Below are positions 13,720-27,988 of a stretch of 64,000 bases of DNA, in pieces. The notes under the pieces were generated by a model, which saw nothing but the letters and a program-made list of their open reading frames with translations, had not been told where the DNA came from and searched no databases. The DNA lies in the NCBI RefSeq assembly GCF_009914755.1, contig NC_060938.1. One strand, given 5' to 3'. The stretch is from the human T2T-CHM13v2.0 reference genome, Homo sapiens. The translations under genes were made by a program, and so were the position numbers. Each line of letters starts with the position of its first letter. Within the stretch, counting starts at the first letter, position 1.

Positions 13720-16090
13720 ACATATAGGCTTCTAATAGAATTTCTGATGGACATATCAGCAAATTTAATTCGGTATTTTAAAAAATACATCCTAAACAAA
13801 AACAGATTTTTCTCAGGAGTGTGAGAATGATACAGCATCAGATAATAAATTTAATATAAATAATGATATTAAAGATAAAGGAACAGAAGCAAAATCATTT
13901 CAAAAATGTAGAAACATTTAATATAGTCAGCATATTTATTAAAAGTAATCTGAACAAGCTTAGATTGGAGTAGGACATTTTTACCTCAAAAACAAGAAGC
14001 TACCAAGAAACTACAGCAAACATATATTTACATTAGTAACAAAGCAAGAATGAATACTATCATTGTTTCTATTGATTATTGAAGTGAAAAAACTAGCCAA
14101 TGGAGTAAGACAAAACAAAAAACAAAAAAACAGAAGCAAAAAGATTGGAGAGGAATCTACAGTACTTTTATTTGCAGAAAGTCCATAAGGGTTTATTGGC
14201 AGACTATTAGAATTAAAAATAATTTCCACAAGTTTGTTGGGTACAAGGTAAACATATAAATCTAATTATCCTCTCCCTACAATTATAATTACCAATTAAA
14301 ATGTAGAACTGAAAAAAAATTCATATACAATAGTGACAAAAATGTAAGGAAGCTAAGAATAATCGAATAAAAGATTCAAGACCATTAGGGGAAAAATGAC
14401 AAAATATTATTGAAGATTATAAAGTCCTGAATAAGTCATCAACATTGACCATATTTATGTATGGGTAGACTCAATAACATGAAGATGCCAATTTTTTCTA
14501 AATTCTTCTATAAATCCACACATTTCCACTCAAAACTCCAACAGAACTGTTCATGGAATTTGACAAGCTAACTCTAAAACTCATGTATGATCACGGGGCC
14601 AAAAATAGCCAAGACAACTCTTGGGGGTGGGGAAAAACCCAAGAGAAAAGACTTGCCCAACTAGACATCAAGGCATGTTTTATCCCCAAATTAATTAAGA
14701 CAGTGGGACATCGACACAAAATAGGCACACCAGCCTGTGGGACACAATAGAGCTCAGTAACTGTTCCTTACAGTATGGAAAATTGATCCTTGACCAGGTA
14801 GACATTGAAAATCATTAGTTAATAAACAAACTAGTCAACCTATGATGCTGGAATAATTTCTTATCTATATGGGAAAAAATGAAATTAGACTTCATTTTAT
14901 ATCACCCATGAAAATAAATTAAGGATATATAAAAATTTAAATGTAAAATGCGAAACTTTAAAATTTTTATAAGAAAATAATGGTGATTAGCTTTACGACC
15001 TATGTATGGGAAAGATTTCTTAAAAGAAGGGAAAAAAGCATAGATCATTAAAAAAATATTGATATATTTGATTACAATTATTTTTAAAACTTATGTTCCA
15101 GAAAGATATGATAAATTAAAAGACGAGCTACAGACTTGGAGAAAACATTGGCAATGCACCCAGCACACAAAGGATTGGTATTCTAAATTGTATAATGACC
15201 CCCTACATGTGATCAAGAGAAAGAAAAATAACCCAATGAAAAATGAGCAAAGGATATGAATAAGCAAATGACAGATGCCAAAACCAAAATGGATAGTTAA
15301 CATATAACACATAAAAGCATGTATAGCCACACTAGAACCTTGAGAATACAAATTCAAAAAGCATTGAGATATTACTTCAAACCACCAGAGTAGCAAAAAT
15401 GTACCATTCTGACAGTATTAAGTGTTGGCAGGGAGGAGAACTAAGAGCTCTCATATCTTAAAGAGTGGGAATGTGAATTGAGGCAGCCACTTTGAAATAC
15501 AATTTAGCATTGAAGCTACACATGACATTTGGCCTCACAATTGCATATTTATGTAAACACTTAAGGGAAACTCTCAGGCAATTTACATTGAGCTAGTTAT
15601 TAGAATGTACACTGCTTGTTATGTGAAAAAAAATCTAAATCAGAAGAGTGCATCAATAAATTGTGGTATCTCTATATAATATAATAACATCCAATACTGG
15701 AGCAGAACAAATGAGAGCTACATGCAACATTAGTGAACCTCACAGTCATACTCTTGAGTGAAAAAAGCAAATTACTGAATATGCAAACTGATACTATTTA
15801 GATAAAGCTTGTAAACATTTAAAATAATCCAAAATATTTCATGTGTAGTTTCATATATATTAATAATATAAAAACATGCATGGACATGACGAATGTCCCT
15901 TTTAGAAAGAAGAAAGTGGGACTGTTACAAGAATATTGACCTATGCCTGTAATATTTTATTTCTTCAAAAAGAATCTGAAACAAATATACCAGAATGTTA
16001 GGAATTAATAAAAACCAGGTTACAGGTATGTAGATATTTATTATATTATTATTTCTACTTGTTCGAATGTTTGAAGTACTTCAAAATTAA
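13720..16090 (+). mobile_element. Ancient L1 (L1M-type) ORF2 remnant and 3' UTR
   Basis: A-rich. Degenerate ORF2 segments (ttatttgcaga, ggtacaaggtaaacatataaa, ggtagactcaata, MEFDKLTLKLM resembling L1 ELEKTTLKF) followed by an L1M-like 3' end. Confidence 0.8.
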
Positions 16091-17569
16091 ATAAAGAACC
16101 AGCCTCACTGAGATGTGTGTGCTGAGTGCTCTACTAGGTTTATTCACAAAGTTCTTACACTCCCTGCTCTCAATGGGACTGATGAAAATGTATGACTCAA
16201 CCAAATTATATATGACCGCATAGCATGACATTCAGCCTCATTGAGAAAATGTCAAAATTGTGAATGTTAAATTCTAAAATATCAAGGCTCAACTGTAGAC
16301 ATACAAAACCAACTAGGGACATAAAGAATAAAAATGAAAACAAAATAAAAGCTGTTTAATAATAGAATTCAGAACAATATATAATCTCTTCTTCCCTGCT
16401 AAAATCAGGCCAGAGATTGGCATTTGCCTTCCTGAAGGCAATAGTTAGCAGGAAAAACCACACAGGTTCATATAATACAAACCAAAACAAAACAACCTTC
16501 TCACACGAAGAGAAAAGAATACTTTGCAAAATGGCTGCTGCATCTTCCCAAATACATATTTCACCTCCCCAAACAGATTTTCCATCCTTGACCTTCTCGT
16601 TGGAAACCTCTCCTTAAGCAGTTACACACAGCTCTGCAAATGTTAGAGTGACATTTGGACTGGGCTTGCGTACTCAGCTTGCCCGCTCTTCTGGGCTTCC
16701 CCGGGGGTCTGCCAAGCTCCAGCACATTGGTATTAGCCTTGCAGGCCTCACCTCCCAGAGCTAGCAATAACATTTACCAGCTACAGTTTTCTCCATTTTC
16801 AAATATTTCCTCTGGCCCACATGCCAGTGATCCAGCTCCTCCATAGAGTAGAACCTGAAAGGAGTGGTTTAAAGAAAGGAGAGCCCTCCTGTAAGAACTT
16901 TTAACATTTACCTTTCATTAAAGATTTTACTTGTGGTTTAATCGAGCTCTCCCACTAGAATTCTGGTATGTTTGGGAAAAATTAATTACTAAAATCTTAC
17001 ATCTCTGGGAGGCGGGGTACATCTTTGATCATTCTTTTGTCAGTGAAAACTCTGAAAAACAACGCCTCTGGTTGGAAAGGAATCAAATCTGAGCTTTTGC
17101 CGAAAGCTTTTTGCAATCCCAAGAAATCTGGATTGACCAGGAAATTCTAAATCATAACTGTAGAAACAGTTTCACAGCCTTGCTATGCCTAATATGTGAC
17201 AGGGACTGGGTCTAAGGACCTTCATAAAGTCAGGTGCGTTGTCTCTCTCATTTGTTGTATCCCCAGTGCCTGAATGAATGGATGAGGAATGAGTTGAATA
17301 GTCTCCCAAAAGCTAATGAGTCATGAGCTAATATTATCCTTATTTCACCAATGAGAAACCTGAGACTCAACTGAGAGATCAAGTGACTTGTCCAGTCACA
17401 GAGCTAATAAGTGGCAGGCCTCATATAGAGGCTGAGAACTTCATTGTGCTGGTGTAATCTGTACTAGTAGAGATACATATGTGTTCAAATGTCATGATAA
17501 GCACTGGCAAGGAGAGGTAAACATGAATAAGAACACAGTTGAGTTTCAACTCATAAATGTAGGAGGAAA

Positions 17570-18305
17570 CAGGAAAAGAGAGGATCACCAGTAGACAAAC
17601 ACCACATTAATAAATATTGCAAGCAAGATCACTGATGGATGCTAAAATTAGTGGATAAAAGTTTGAGGAGAATAATATTTGCATAGGCTCAAAGTATTTT
17701 CTCTAATACATGTATCAACTACAAAGGAAAATACAATCATTTAGAAGTAGAGAGACCTGGAACTTGGAAGATCCTGACTTTATCAAATAAGCAGGAAATT
17801 ATCACCAGGAACAAGGCATGGGAATATCATGAACCCCTTGATAGAATGCACTGAAAAGGACACAATATCATTTTTATGGTGTTCTTGCCAAAAACATGTA
17901 ACTTCTCTCCAATCCTGAAAAAACACTGGACAAAACCAAAATGAGGATCTTTGATACAATATCTGACTAGTTCTCTTTAAAAAGACATGAAAGACAACAA
18001 AAGACTGAGGAACTATTGTAGACTGGAAGGGAGCATGGCAAAATAATAGCTATTGTGATGTAGGATCCTAGAACAGAAAGGAAGAGAAAAACATATTAAT
18101 GGGAAAATAGTAAAATTTGAATAAGGCCTGAAGTTTAAAATATTGAATCAATGTATATTTGCTATGATTGATAATCATACCATGGTAATGTAAGAGGTTA
18201 TTAGCATTAGGGGGAGTAAGGTGAGGGGTATAAGAAACTCAGTATAATTTTTATAACTTTTCTATAAGTATGTAAGTTTGAAATAAAAAAGTTTAAAACA
18301 ATTAA
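17570..18305 (+). mobile_element. L1MC-type 3' region
   Basis: gatggatgctaaaattagtgg..aaagactgaggaact..ggatcctagaacagaaa..ataatcataccatggtaatgtaaga..aaataaaaaagttt. Confidence 0.7.
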
Positions 18306-18534
18306 AAAATGAGCAGAAAATACATTTGTCCTTCCAGTTTGCTTACAGAATTGAGAGAGTCAAATATGTAAACTAAACTAAAGTACACACAAAAAACAGT
18401 CCTGTAGGCACCGCCGATAATAAATGTATGTACCAGATAGAAGGCCATGGAAAAGGGTGGTCATCTTACCTGGGAAGAGAGCACAGGTAGCACTCAGGAT
18501 AGGCTTCATAGAGAAGACGATGCTCAAAGATTTC

Positions 18535-19420
18535 TTATTTATCCACCATCTGTTTTATAGAGCATCTACTATGGACCAGGCACTCTTCTAGAACATAGCT
18601 ACATCATGGTAAACAAAAAAGAAAAGGTATCTGCATTCTTGGAGCTTACAGCCTAGAAGAAGTCAGATAACACATGAGAAAAAAAAAAAAAAAAACAACA
18701 CCAAACAAAATTAATTAGATATTTTCGGTGTTGTCATGAAAAATAAATGAGCTGATGTGATAGAATATGCTCAGGGAGATAGGGGAATTGGGGAATACCT
18801 TTCTGAGAAGATGATAGTTAAGCTATTTGGGCTAGGGCCTGAATGGGAAAGAGCCAGCCGTGCAAAATGAACAAGGAGCAGGTAATTCCATACCAAGGAA
18901 ACAGGGTGGCTGAATGCCCAAATGCAAGAACAAATTAGTATGTTTGTGTTTAAGGAAACAAAAGTAAGCCAGCATGCTGGGCTGTAATGGACAAGGAGGC
19001 AATAGTAGATGATGAGCTGTAAAGTAAGGTCACCAGGTGGCTCTAAGTCCAAACTGGCACACTTTTGAGTAAAAGGTGGTGCTATTAATAATTACACCAG
19101 GACAACAGAAGTGAAATGAGACTGTCTGGCCAAACCTGGACATAAGATCATCCTTTAGCAAGGAAAGAAATCACGTAGGACTTGGTGAGCCAGCCAAGGA
19201 GTATGAAGTTATTCCCAGTGCATTAGGAAGCATGGGAAGTTATAACAAGGGTAGGAGGTGATTGTTCTGGCTGCCATGTGGAGAACCCACTATTGAGAGC
19301 AAAGAATGAATGTAGGGGGGATCATTAGGAGATGATTTCGGAAGTCTAGTTAGTAGACAGAGGATGGGGGCTTTGACTACAGGAGTAGACTTGGGAGAGG
19401 AGAGAACTGGATGACAGTAG
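18535..19420 (-). mobile_element. L2 LINE fragment, interrupted by MER94
   Basis: gagcatctactatggaccaggcact..ggagcttacagcctag..ctggctgccatgtggagaa. Confidence 0.65.
19027..19155. mobile_element. MER94 (hAT-Blackjack) MITE
   Basis: gtccaaactggcacacttttgag..gctattaataattacaccaggacaacag..caaacctggacataagatcatcct. Confidence 0.75.
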
Positions 19421-22400
19421 AGTCAATGAGCCTTGCGTGTTCTCAGAAGATAGACTGAGAACATTTTAGACAAAAGGAGCAGCCTGAGCAAAGTCACAGG
19501 GGCAGGGCACGTTCCAGGAGCCAAGAGTGTATTCTATGGCCAAAGTGAAAGGAACAGCAGGGGCAGGCCATTGGCCTGGAGATAAGACCAGGGGCTCAGA
19601 TCATATGCGATTTAGAATTCAAGGCTAAGTAGTAAGAACTATGGTGCCATTGAAAGTGATATGATTAGATTGGTTTTAGAAATATGAGTCTAGTCCAACT
19701 ATAAGAGAAAAAGATAAAATGAACAGAAAAATACAGTGAAAACAGAGATAGCTTTTGCTAGTTAGAGAAATAAACAAGAAGACATTTTGAGGATGGTACA
19801 ATAATGTGGGAGATATTTTTATTTTTACTGGAAATTGTCCACCCATTCATCAGACACACACTTGATCATCTAGTGTTTTGCAATATAATTAGTTGTTGAC
19901 TCAAGGACTGCTGAACAGTGTCACTGAGTCATAAAGACGGCTCCAAGAGGAAAACTTTGGGCACAAATTAATGCTATGTACCCTCTACTTTCTATCTTCT
20001 GCTGCAGCGCTATTCTTGGCCCACTCATTTCTAAGTTTTAGCAATATTTCTCAGGCTGGTGTGCCTCACATGCAATTCTGGCAAGCTAAACATGGTGACG
20101 GAGCCAGATAACTTGTTCCCTGTAGACTCATAAACTCATCAGCTGTGGGCTGGTAATATAATTTACAATATACTTTGCCAGCCCTATAAAACAGCTTTTT
20201 TCTTGCAGAGAAATGGAGCCCTGACAAGAAGTGTTTATGACTTAATTTTAGCTGTGTTCTTCGTTGTTGCTGCAGTAGTAGCCTGCGTATGATGCATCCT
20301 AGTCATCCGCCAGGCAGTTACAACTTTGTTGTTGTTGTTTTTGGCAAGCTAAGGACAACATTAGACTTTGCTTAATACCTACCCCACAATCCTATTTCAA
20401 TGGTGGCCATAGCATGTACCTCCATGTTTATGAATAAATGAATCGAGACACAGTTGTTGGATACCTCACAGCCGTGGCTTATACCTTGATGAAACTATAT
20501 GATACCATATCCTTCTAGATAAAGTTCCTGTAAAATGATATTGTTAGAAGGCTTGAGTGGAAAAATCTGAAATATGCTGTTTACAGTCAAAATGATTATC
20601 CTCCTGCTGACTAGTTGTTCTTTATTCTTCTCCACAGTGTACTACAATAACTATTTACCATTCATATTTCAGGCTAATAAGGTTACTTCTATTCAGCCAT
20701 TACATAATGTGACTGTAGCTAAAATTAAAGCTCCACAAGGTAGGAAATTTGTTTTATTCATTGCTAGATCCTCAAGGTCTGGAACAATGCCTGGAACAAT
20801 AGTATGTACTCAGAAACTACATGTTGAATAAATAAGCTCAACTATTGACATATTAAATCTACCCTAATGATTTGGGAACTAATACTACAAATAGTGTAGT
20901 CATCTTCCAAGAAGAGCATATTCTCCTGAGGTTGGCCAGAGGGTTGATGAATTGATGTATCAGCCCTGATACATTATATAGCATCCAACAGTCATTCCAA
21001 TAACATGCTAAGATCTGCAAAACTGTAACTGCATATTTGAATTCAAATCCAGGGACAGTTTTTTAACCTAGGTAACTCTAGATTCTACTGTACACAAAGT
21101 TAGAGTTGTGAGATTTCTCTTTATTAATTCTCTTTTTTCTCTTAGCCACATCCACTAAAAAAGGTACTTTTATTTCATGTCCTGTATGAGTTGTATGTAA
21201 CGTCTGGCTCTGTCACCATTCCTTTGTGTTCTCATTCCATAGCTAACTTTCCTTAAGAAGTGTTGTAATAGCATATATTTCAGTGTTCACAAAAAAACAC
21301 AAAAGCAATGTTCTGACTAGGTGACTCAATAGATTTTATGTGTTTTATATATACTTATGTATATGTACACATATGTATTTAATCATCTGTTTCACAACAT
21401 TGTTGATTTTGTTTTTCCTGATTTTGGAAGCAGGATTCCAAATAAGGACAGTAAAAAGCAAACTTTTTCATATCTCTATAAGAAGGGAAATCAAGGCTTT
21501 AAAATATTACCTCAGTTTCCTCAGGTATGAAATAAAAGGTATGAATGCAGGTAAATTTCAACTTTCTTTCTAACTCTAAATTTCTATGCAATTCAGAGAC
21601 AGTAATATGACAACTTCTATGGTTCTTTTTCGATAAAGTGACAAGAAACTGATTTTACTTTAATCAGTTTATCAGACTTCTTAAATTTTCTTTGTTGGCT
21701 TGACTTTTCTAGGAAATTCATCCTATATCTTAGACAACATAATTTTGGTTCACGTTGTATTTGTGACCCAGTTTGTCCTTGTAAGTTGTATGTATAGAAT
21801 TGAGGTTTGTTGAACTGGCACATTGTGAAACAACTGCCAGGAAGAAAGTATATTTTCTTCTGCCACCCTAAAGGATTTATCTCTCTGATCTGGCCTCAGA
21901 TAATATGGAAGCACCCACATTCTAGTGAGTACAACTGTGTGTGGAGCAGTTCAGTTATCTAGCCCTTCAACATAGTCATTTGGAAATCAAAAGCGTTAAC
22001 CACTAGATTAGATAAGACAACAAAATCAAGAGTTCAGTTGACCATTAATCATTTTTCCAAAATCAGCTCAATGACGTTGTGTAATAATATTTAGAATAAA
22101 GCAAAGGTAATAGGTATAAAAATCCATTCATTTACAGATCTATACCCACAGTCAAACATCCTTCTTGATGGTTCAGAGCTAAAGCCTTTATTCAAATTTT
22201 ACTAACCAGTTATTGTCAATGATAATGAGAGAGTAAATGTATTCTCTGGAATACTGAGAAAAAGAATATGGCAGAGTGAGGCAGCAAGCTTTGAGCAAAA
22301 CAAGCAAGAATATCTACAGAACAGTGCTGTTCAAGATGAAAAGCATAACTGGACCATGATATCAGGCTCAATCACTAAACATAGCCTGCCCATGACTGTT

Positions 22401-22949
22401 ATGAGCCATTCTTACCCTCAAAGAAATATAAAAGATTTAACTTTGGATTTTTGAATGCAATCTCTACCATGATTGTGAAAGTAGATCCATTGTGTAGGGA
22501 GTTTGAGAACAGAAGAAAGCAGAACGTCGCCCTTATTTCTCTATTTAATCAAAGTAGACTTCATAATGATAAGGAAGACTAACAAAGAATTGTAATTAAC
22601 CCTTTACAATTATGTTCCACTTTACAGTTTGAATTGCAGAGCCCTTTCAAACATATTTTCTTATGCAGTTTTTAAATATGGTTCAAGATTTACGTAAGGG
22701 AAAAGTAAGGTCCCACGGTTGCATGCCCGTGAGTAGTGGAGCTGGGACCTCCTAACACCAAGGCTCTTTCTACTGACCAGTGCTACCTGCAACATGGAAG
22801 TATCCTCTCATGGAAGCAATGGGCCACCTCTAGACCTCAAGGAAATTCAAACACATATGTACATGCATATATATACAACATGTACTGAGCATGGGTTATT
22901 ATCAGGCATGGCTTGGATATTTTCACATTCATACTTCAGGGTTTTCCTT

Positions 22950-23426
22950 TGTGCTGGATACATTTTCCTTGCAACTCTGGATCCATTTCCAATCTTTCTC
23001 CACCCTTCTTCATTCAGTTTTGCACCTTGGAATGTGATTCTATGTGGATTGCCCTGACAGCTCCCTTGTCTTCTGTATTTCAGTTGAGTTTGTCCTGTGA
23101 AAAATACTCATGGAAGATGAAAGGAAAGGATGAGAATGAGATCTGGGTATTTAATTTCCTGGCTCTTGGAAAGGCTTGTCTGTTGACCTCAAGGTCTCCA
23201 CTCACTTTATCTCTTTCCCTTCCTCTGCACTCTAGCAATTGGCCCTCCCCTAGACCCATTAGGGAAAGTAAAAGGGTCTGCTCTTAATAGACCTGAATAC
23301 TGCATTACCCCTAGAGGGCCCACTATCTCTTACCTATACCTTTTAAATCTTACCTTTATTAAACTTTCATCAAATGGCACAATTCAAATGGGCCATCTGT
23401 TTTTTAATGGTTTCCTGACTGATTCG
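22950..23426. mobile_element. LTR33-like (ERVL) LTR
   Basis: gctcccttgtcttctgtatttcagttgagtttg..gggccatctgtttt..cctgactgat terminus. Confidence 0.55.
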
Positions 23427-23939
23427 GTATTATTATTACACTTGGGAAACTGAGTCCCAACAAGGTTTTACCATGAAATAACTTGCAGACCTGGAATTCC
23501 ACCCAGATCTTCTAACTCCAAGCTTATATGCTTACAGAGACAGCACACCAAGCAATGATTCTGAATGGGAGGCTGACCCATATGTGTAATCACAGCTCTG
23601 CACAATAGAGCTTTCTTGAATTGACTCAGAGCAATTCTCAGAAACATACCACTGTCATTTATAATGGTTTATTTTGAAATTTTATAACATGTTTGCACAA
23701 TAAAGCAATGGCAAAAGTATCTGGAAGAAAATTGAATAAGATTACATCTAGTCTTTCACTACACCACTTGGTCTTCCCTGAATCACCGGAGTTAGTCTAA
23801 AAAGCAAGTCTGATCATGTCACTTTCTATCTAAAAATGCTTTCTATTGACTAATATCTAAACTTCCTAACTGTGCTTTTTAGAGTCATCTATGTGTTCCC
23901 CCATCTCAAATTTTACCATTTCTTTCCATATGCTCTAGT

Positions 23940-24153
23940 TAAGGGGTTCTCAACTGGGGGTGACTTTTCCCCCTAAAGGGCATTTGGAAATGTCTGGAGA
24001 TGCTTTCGGTTGTCACGACCAAAGGGAGTGCCACAGATATCTAGTGGGTGGAGGCCAGGGATACCGCTAGATATCCCACAATACACAGGATAGCCTTTGC
24101 AACCAAGAGTTATCTGGTCAGAATATCAGCAGTGTCGCTCTTGACAAACTCTA
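23940..24153. mobile_element. MER20 hAT MITE nested in an L2 (~23760-24660)
   Basis: ggttctcaactggggg..catttggaaatgtctggaga..atctagtgggtggaggccagggat. Confidence 0.88.
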
Positions 24154-24206
24154 ATATACTCCAGCCACACCAAATTCCTCCTGAACCTTGAATTTTCTGC
24201 ATGGTA

Positions 24207-24286
24207 TTAGATTGGTGCAAAAGTAATTGTGGTTTTTGCAATTAAAAGCAATGGCAAAAACTGCAATTACCTTTGCACCCGCCTAA
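24207..24286. mobile_element. MADE1 (Hsmar1-derived 80-bp MITE)
   Basis: ttagattggtgcaaaagtaattgtggtttttgc..gcaaaaactgcaattacctttgcacccgcctaa; 80 bp, near-palindromic, TA duplications at 24205 and 24287. Confidence 0.93.
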
Positions 24287-26599
24287 TAACTATCATTCAC
24301 CAGATTCTGTGCTTAATAAATGATTTCATTTCATGCACTTGTGAAAGCTGTGCTTCTACATATGCTGTTTCCTCAGCCAGAGTGCCTTCCCACTCTTCTC
24401 TTTGCTCTTTACTCTTATATTCTTGAAACATGGTTTACAGGTCTCCTTCTTCTTAATTCTCATCTATACCTTTGTATAGATGCCTAAGCTGAATTCTCAC
24501 ATTTTCTTTATTATTCAAGTATAACAGTTTACCTGTTTGAGTCTACAACACCCACTTGCTATATTCTGTACTAATGACAGAGAACATGCTATTTGTGCTT
24601 TCCCCCAATTTCAGCACAGTGTCTGTCACATATTAGATATTAGTCATTGAATGAGAGAACAAATATTATTGCAAGCAGTTGATAGAGTTCTGAAGAATTG
24701 TGTTATGTTTAATTTGTATAAATTAAGTCATATTTTAAAATTCAGTGGTAAAAATTGCTATTTAAGAAAAGTCTCTATAAACTTTTTGGTAAATTGAAAT
24801 TCTATTAGAAGGTATACATTTATAAACCAGAGTTTCTCTATTCCATTTTTTTCTCTTTTGAATATTAAAAATATGAAAGAGTACATGCCTGCTTTTCTTA
24901 AAGTGATAAATATCAATCCAAATTGTTGTCATCCCTTTAGAGTGCTCTAGATTTTGGGGAATGAGAAGCCAATATGACCATATGTAATGGCAGGACTCCG
25001 TTGAGAATGTGAAGTTAGTTTTCAACCTTGTCCACAAGAGGGAGGACATCACCCCACATCCATTTTGTTGATTCCCTGGAACCGTTGGGTCTGTTTGGAG
25101 CTGGAGATTTATGTTGCTCCTGCTGTTGCAAAATACAGATTTAGAACCTGGCAGGCATTCTTGCATAGATTTGCATGCAGTTTAAGATCAGCCCAGTTTG
25201 GGTGGAGGGAAAGCAATCTGGGCATTTTAGAAGCTTTGTCAGAATAAAACACACTTAAGCAGTGTGTGATGCCAGTTGCTGCATGAATGAGCAGGAGAGT
25301 GTCTTGAAGGTACAGAAAGAGAAAAGGGTGAGGGATGTGATAATTTGGTGGTAATTTGCTTACAAGGTTGACCAGGAGAGTGTCTTCTTTTCACAGGAGA
25401 TGGCTTAAGGGCTGGTGGGAGTATAGTGCTAGGAATGAACGTCAGCTTGATATGCTAAGAGCAAAATGAGAGCAGCAAAGTCCACTTTGTGAAGTTATGG
25501 AGCTAATTGCTCATAATACTGTATCAGTGCCAGTGGGCCTCCAGCATTCACTAGCAATATCACATGAATTGCATACTCTAGTACTTTTGTTTACTTCTTT
25601 CCTTTTACTACCTGCCAGTCTGGCTTTGTCTTTCTAGACTCTAGAAGATGTAAATGGTATCACTTCCTTGCAGGTGTAGCCAAGAAGATCCTGGTTATCA
25701 TTCTCTTCCTACAGTCCATTTTCCTTATAGTTTTTACTTTTCTTTTTGATTAGGACCTTATCACACCTAAAACAACATATGCACTGGTAAGATTGAAGAC
25801 TTTGAGCTCTAAGTTTTAGTTATTTTCTATCTCTTTGGATGTTCAGATATACTAATTTGATTAAAGAAAGGAAAGTGGGAAAATGGTAGAAAGGAAGAAC
25901 AGCTGCCTGCTAGGGGTTTTCTCTTTCAAGTTAAACAAAAATGAACATGCAAACCAAATAATCATTATCCCAAAGTAAGAAAAGGGGTACAACCCAATGT
26001 CATAAGTCTCAAAAATTAGGAGCAAGACAGAATTCTGAAGCCAACCCAGGAGGAATGGTCAAGCATGATGAGCCTGCTAGCCCCACCTATGTTCCTAAAG
26101 TACAGTACTATCCACTTGGTAAAAATGCTGAGAATTATTACTAATATCCTTATATATGAAAAGAAACTTAGTACATATTCTTACCTGTTCCCACTGAAAA
26201 CTGAAGAGTAGTGGAAATGGCTATAGGAGAAAAAAATATATGTAATAGAAACAGACAACGGGACTGAGAATCAAAAGAAAAGTCACCAGGAGCACATGGA
26301 TTCCCCTCCATTGCCTTGGGATGTTCTCTTTAACCAGGCAGGGTGACTTCTGGAATAGGACACTTAACAAAGCTTCAGGAATAAGACACAGTCCAGATAG
26401 CTAAATGAAGCTTACCCATAGCCTTGACACAGCTCTTGATGTCTTCCCTCCATTTCCTGAACATATTCTGCCATCTCTGAAGCTACAGAAAAAAAGTGTA
26501 TAGAACTCAAAATATTACACAATTAAACCGTAGCTAATTCTAGGTGGCAAGAAGTCAACGAAACTGTGTCTGAACAATTAGGAACTCTGGACAGAGATG

Positions 26600-27480
26600 C
26601 CTGAGTGTAAGCAAGGTAAAAGGGAATGACATGGCAATACAAATGCAAAGCAACAGAACAATAAAGTTAAAAAAAGGAAAAAAAGCTTAGAAAAGTCAAA
26701 TAATTCGATCTAGAGAAAAAGCAAAAGAACAGAAAATTTCCCGTGAGCTACATTCTATGGCTCAATTTGCATTATTGAATGACTCAAGAAAAATTGAATT
26801 CATGTCACAAGAACTCAAAGAAAAAAAAAAACAAATTATCTGAAAGGAAAAGGGAGATTGTAGACTAAAGGCAAAAAAAAAAAAAAAAAAAAAAGGAAAG
26901 CCAAAACAATGTGATCACATAACTAATTTGAAATAATTAGTAACAACAGGGGGTGGAAAAGATATGGCTAAAAATTGAAATATTGCCAGAGGGAAAGTGC
27001 TGAAGATATCGCAGTTAATGCTGATGAAAAAAACCAGAGATTAAATTAATCACAGAGAAACTGAGATATAAAGAGGGCAGATGGTATAATTAGATCCCTG
27101 AAAGAGAAAACCTAAGTACTTCAACAAAGAAATTACTCAAAGGTATCAAACTGGAAAGTTTTCTTAATATAAAGAACTGACTCTGAAGTTTGAAAGAGCA
27201 TGTTAAGTTGTAAGAAAACTACACAGTATGTTCAATGCTAAGATGTGCATTGATCAAGTCATTGGACTTCAAGGATTAAAATAATATCCTTAAGGCATAT
27301 AAGCAAAATTTACAGCACTTATCACCTATGAGGTAGATTGCTGGCATTATACAATCTCATTACACAAAACAATGTCTATAAAATTGAGCATAAAATCAAG
27401 TGGGACAAGAATTATCTGCAACCATAATGTAACTCAAATGTAAACAGCACCAGCAGACATTCACAAATACGAACAAACTT
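26600..27480 (+). mobile_element. Highly degraded L1 ORF1-like region
   Basis: A-rich, with ORF1-like pieces (ccctgaaagagaaaacc, tttgaaagagca, ggacttcaaggattaaa). Confidence 0.45.
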
Positions 27481-27574
27481 TGGTAATATAACACTAAAGA
27501 GTTCTTTTTTAAAAAGTTGTTACCATATAATAACAATATAACACAGATGAGCTCTTTTTAAAAATGTTGTTACC

Positions 27575-27792
27575 ATACAATAACTTAACAGTACATTTTA
27601 AAATAATTTAAAGAGTGTAATTGGATTGTTTGTAATTCAAAGGATAAATGCTTGAGGGGATGGATACCCCATTCTCCATGATGTGCTTATTTCACATTGC
27701 ATGCCTGTATCAAAATATCTCATGTACTCCATAAATATATACACCTATATTATTTACATAATCATTAATTATGTACTCACAAAAATAAAAAA
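27575..27792 (+). mobile_element. L1MA 3' end
   Basis: aaggataaatgcttgaggggatggataccccatt..cacattgcatgcctgtatcaaaatatctcatgtac..aaataaaaa. Confidence 0.88.
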
Positions 27793-27988
27793 CAACCTGG
27801 GTAAACTAACTTATTTTTAACTTGAATCTATACTCCCCCCAAAAAATAAAAGACATTACAATAAAATTCAAGCATTTAAAAGAAAATAAAGTTACTCAGA
27901 AATGGAAACACTTGGTGAGAACAGTGACGGCATTTAAATATGCAAGAAATACATGGTACACATTATAAATATAGAACAAAGTATACAT

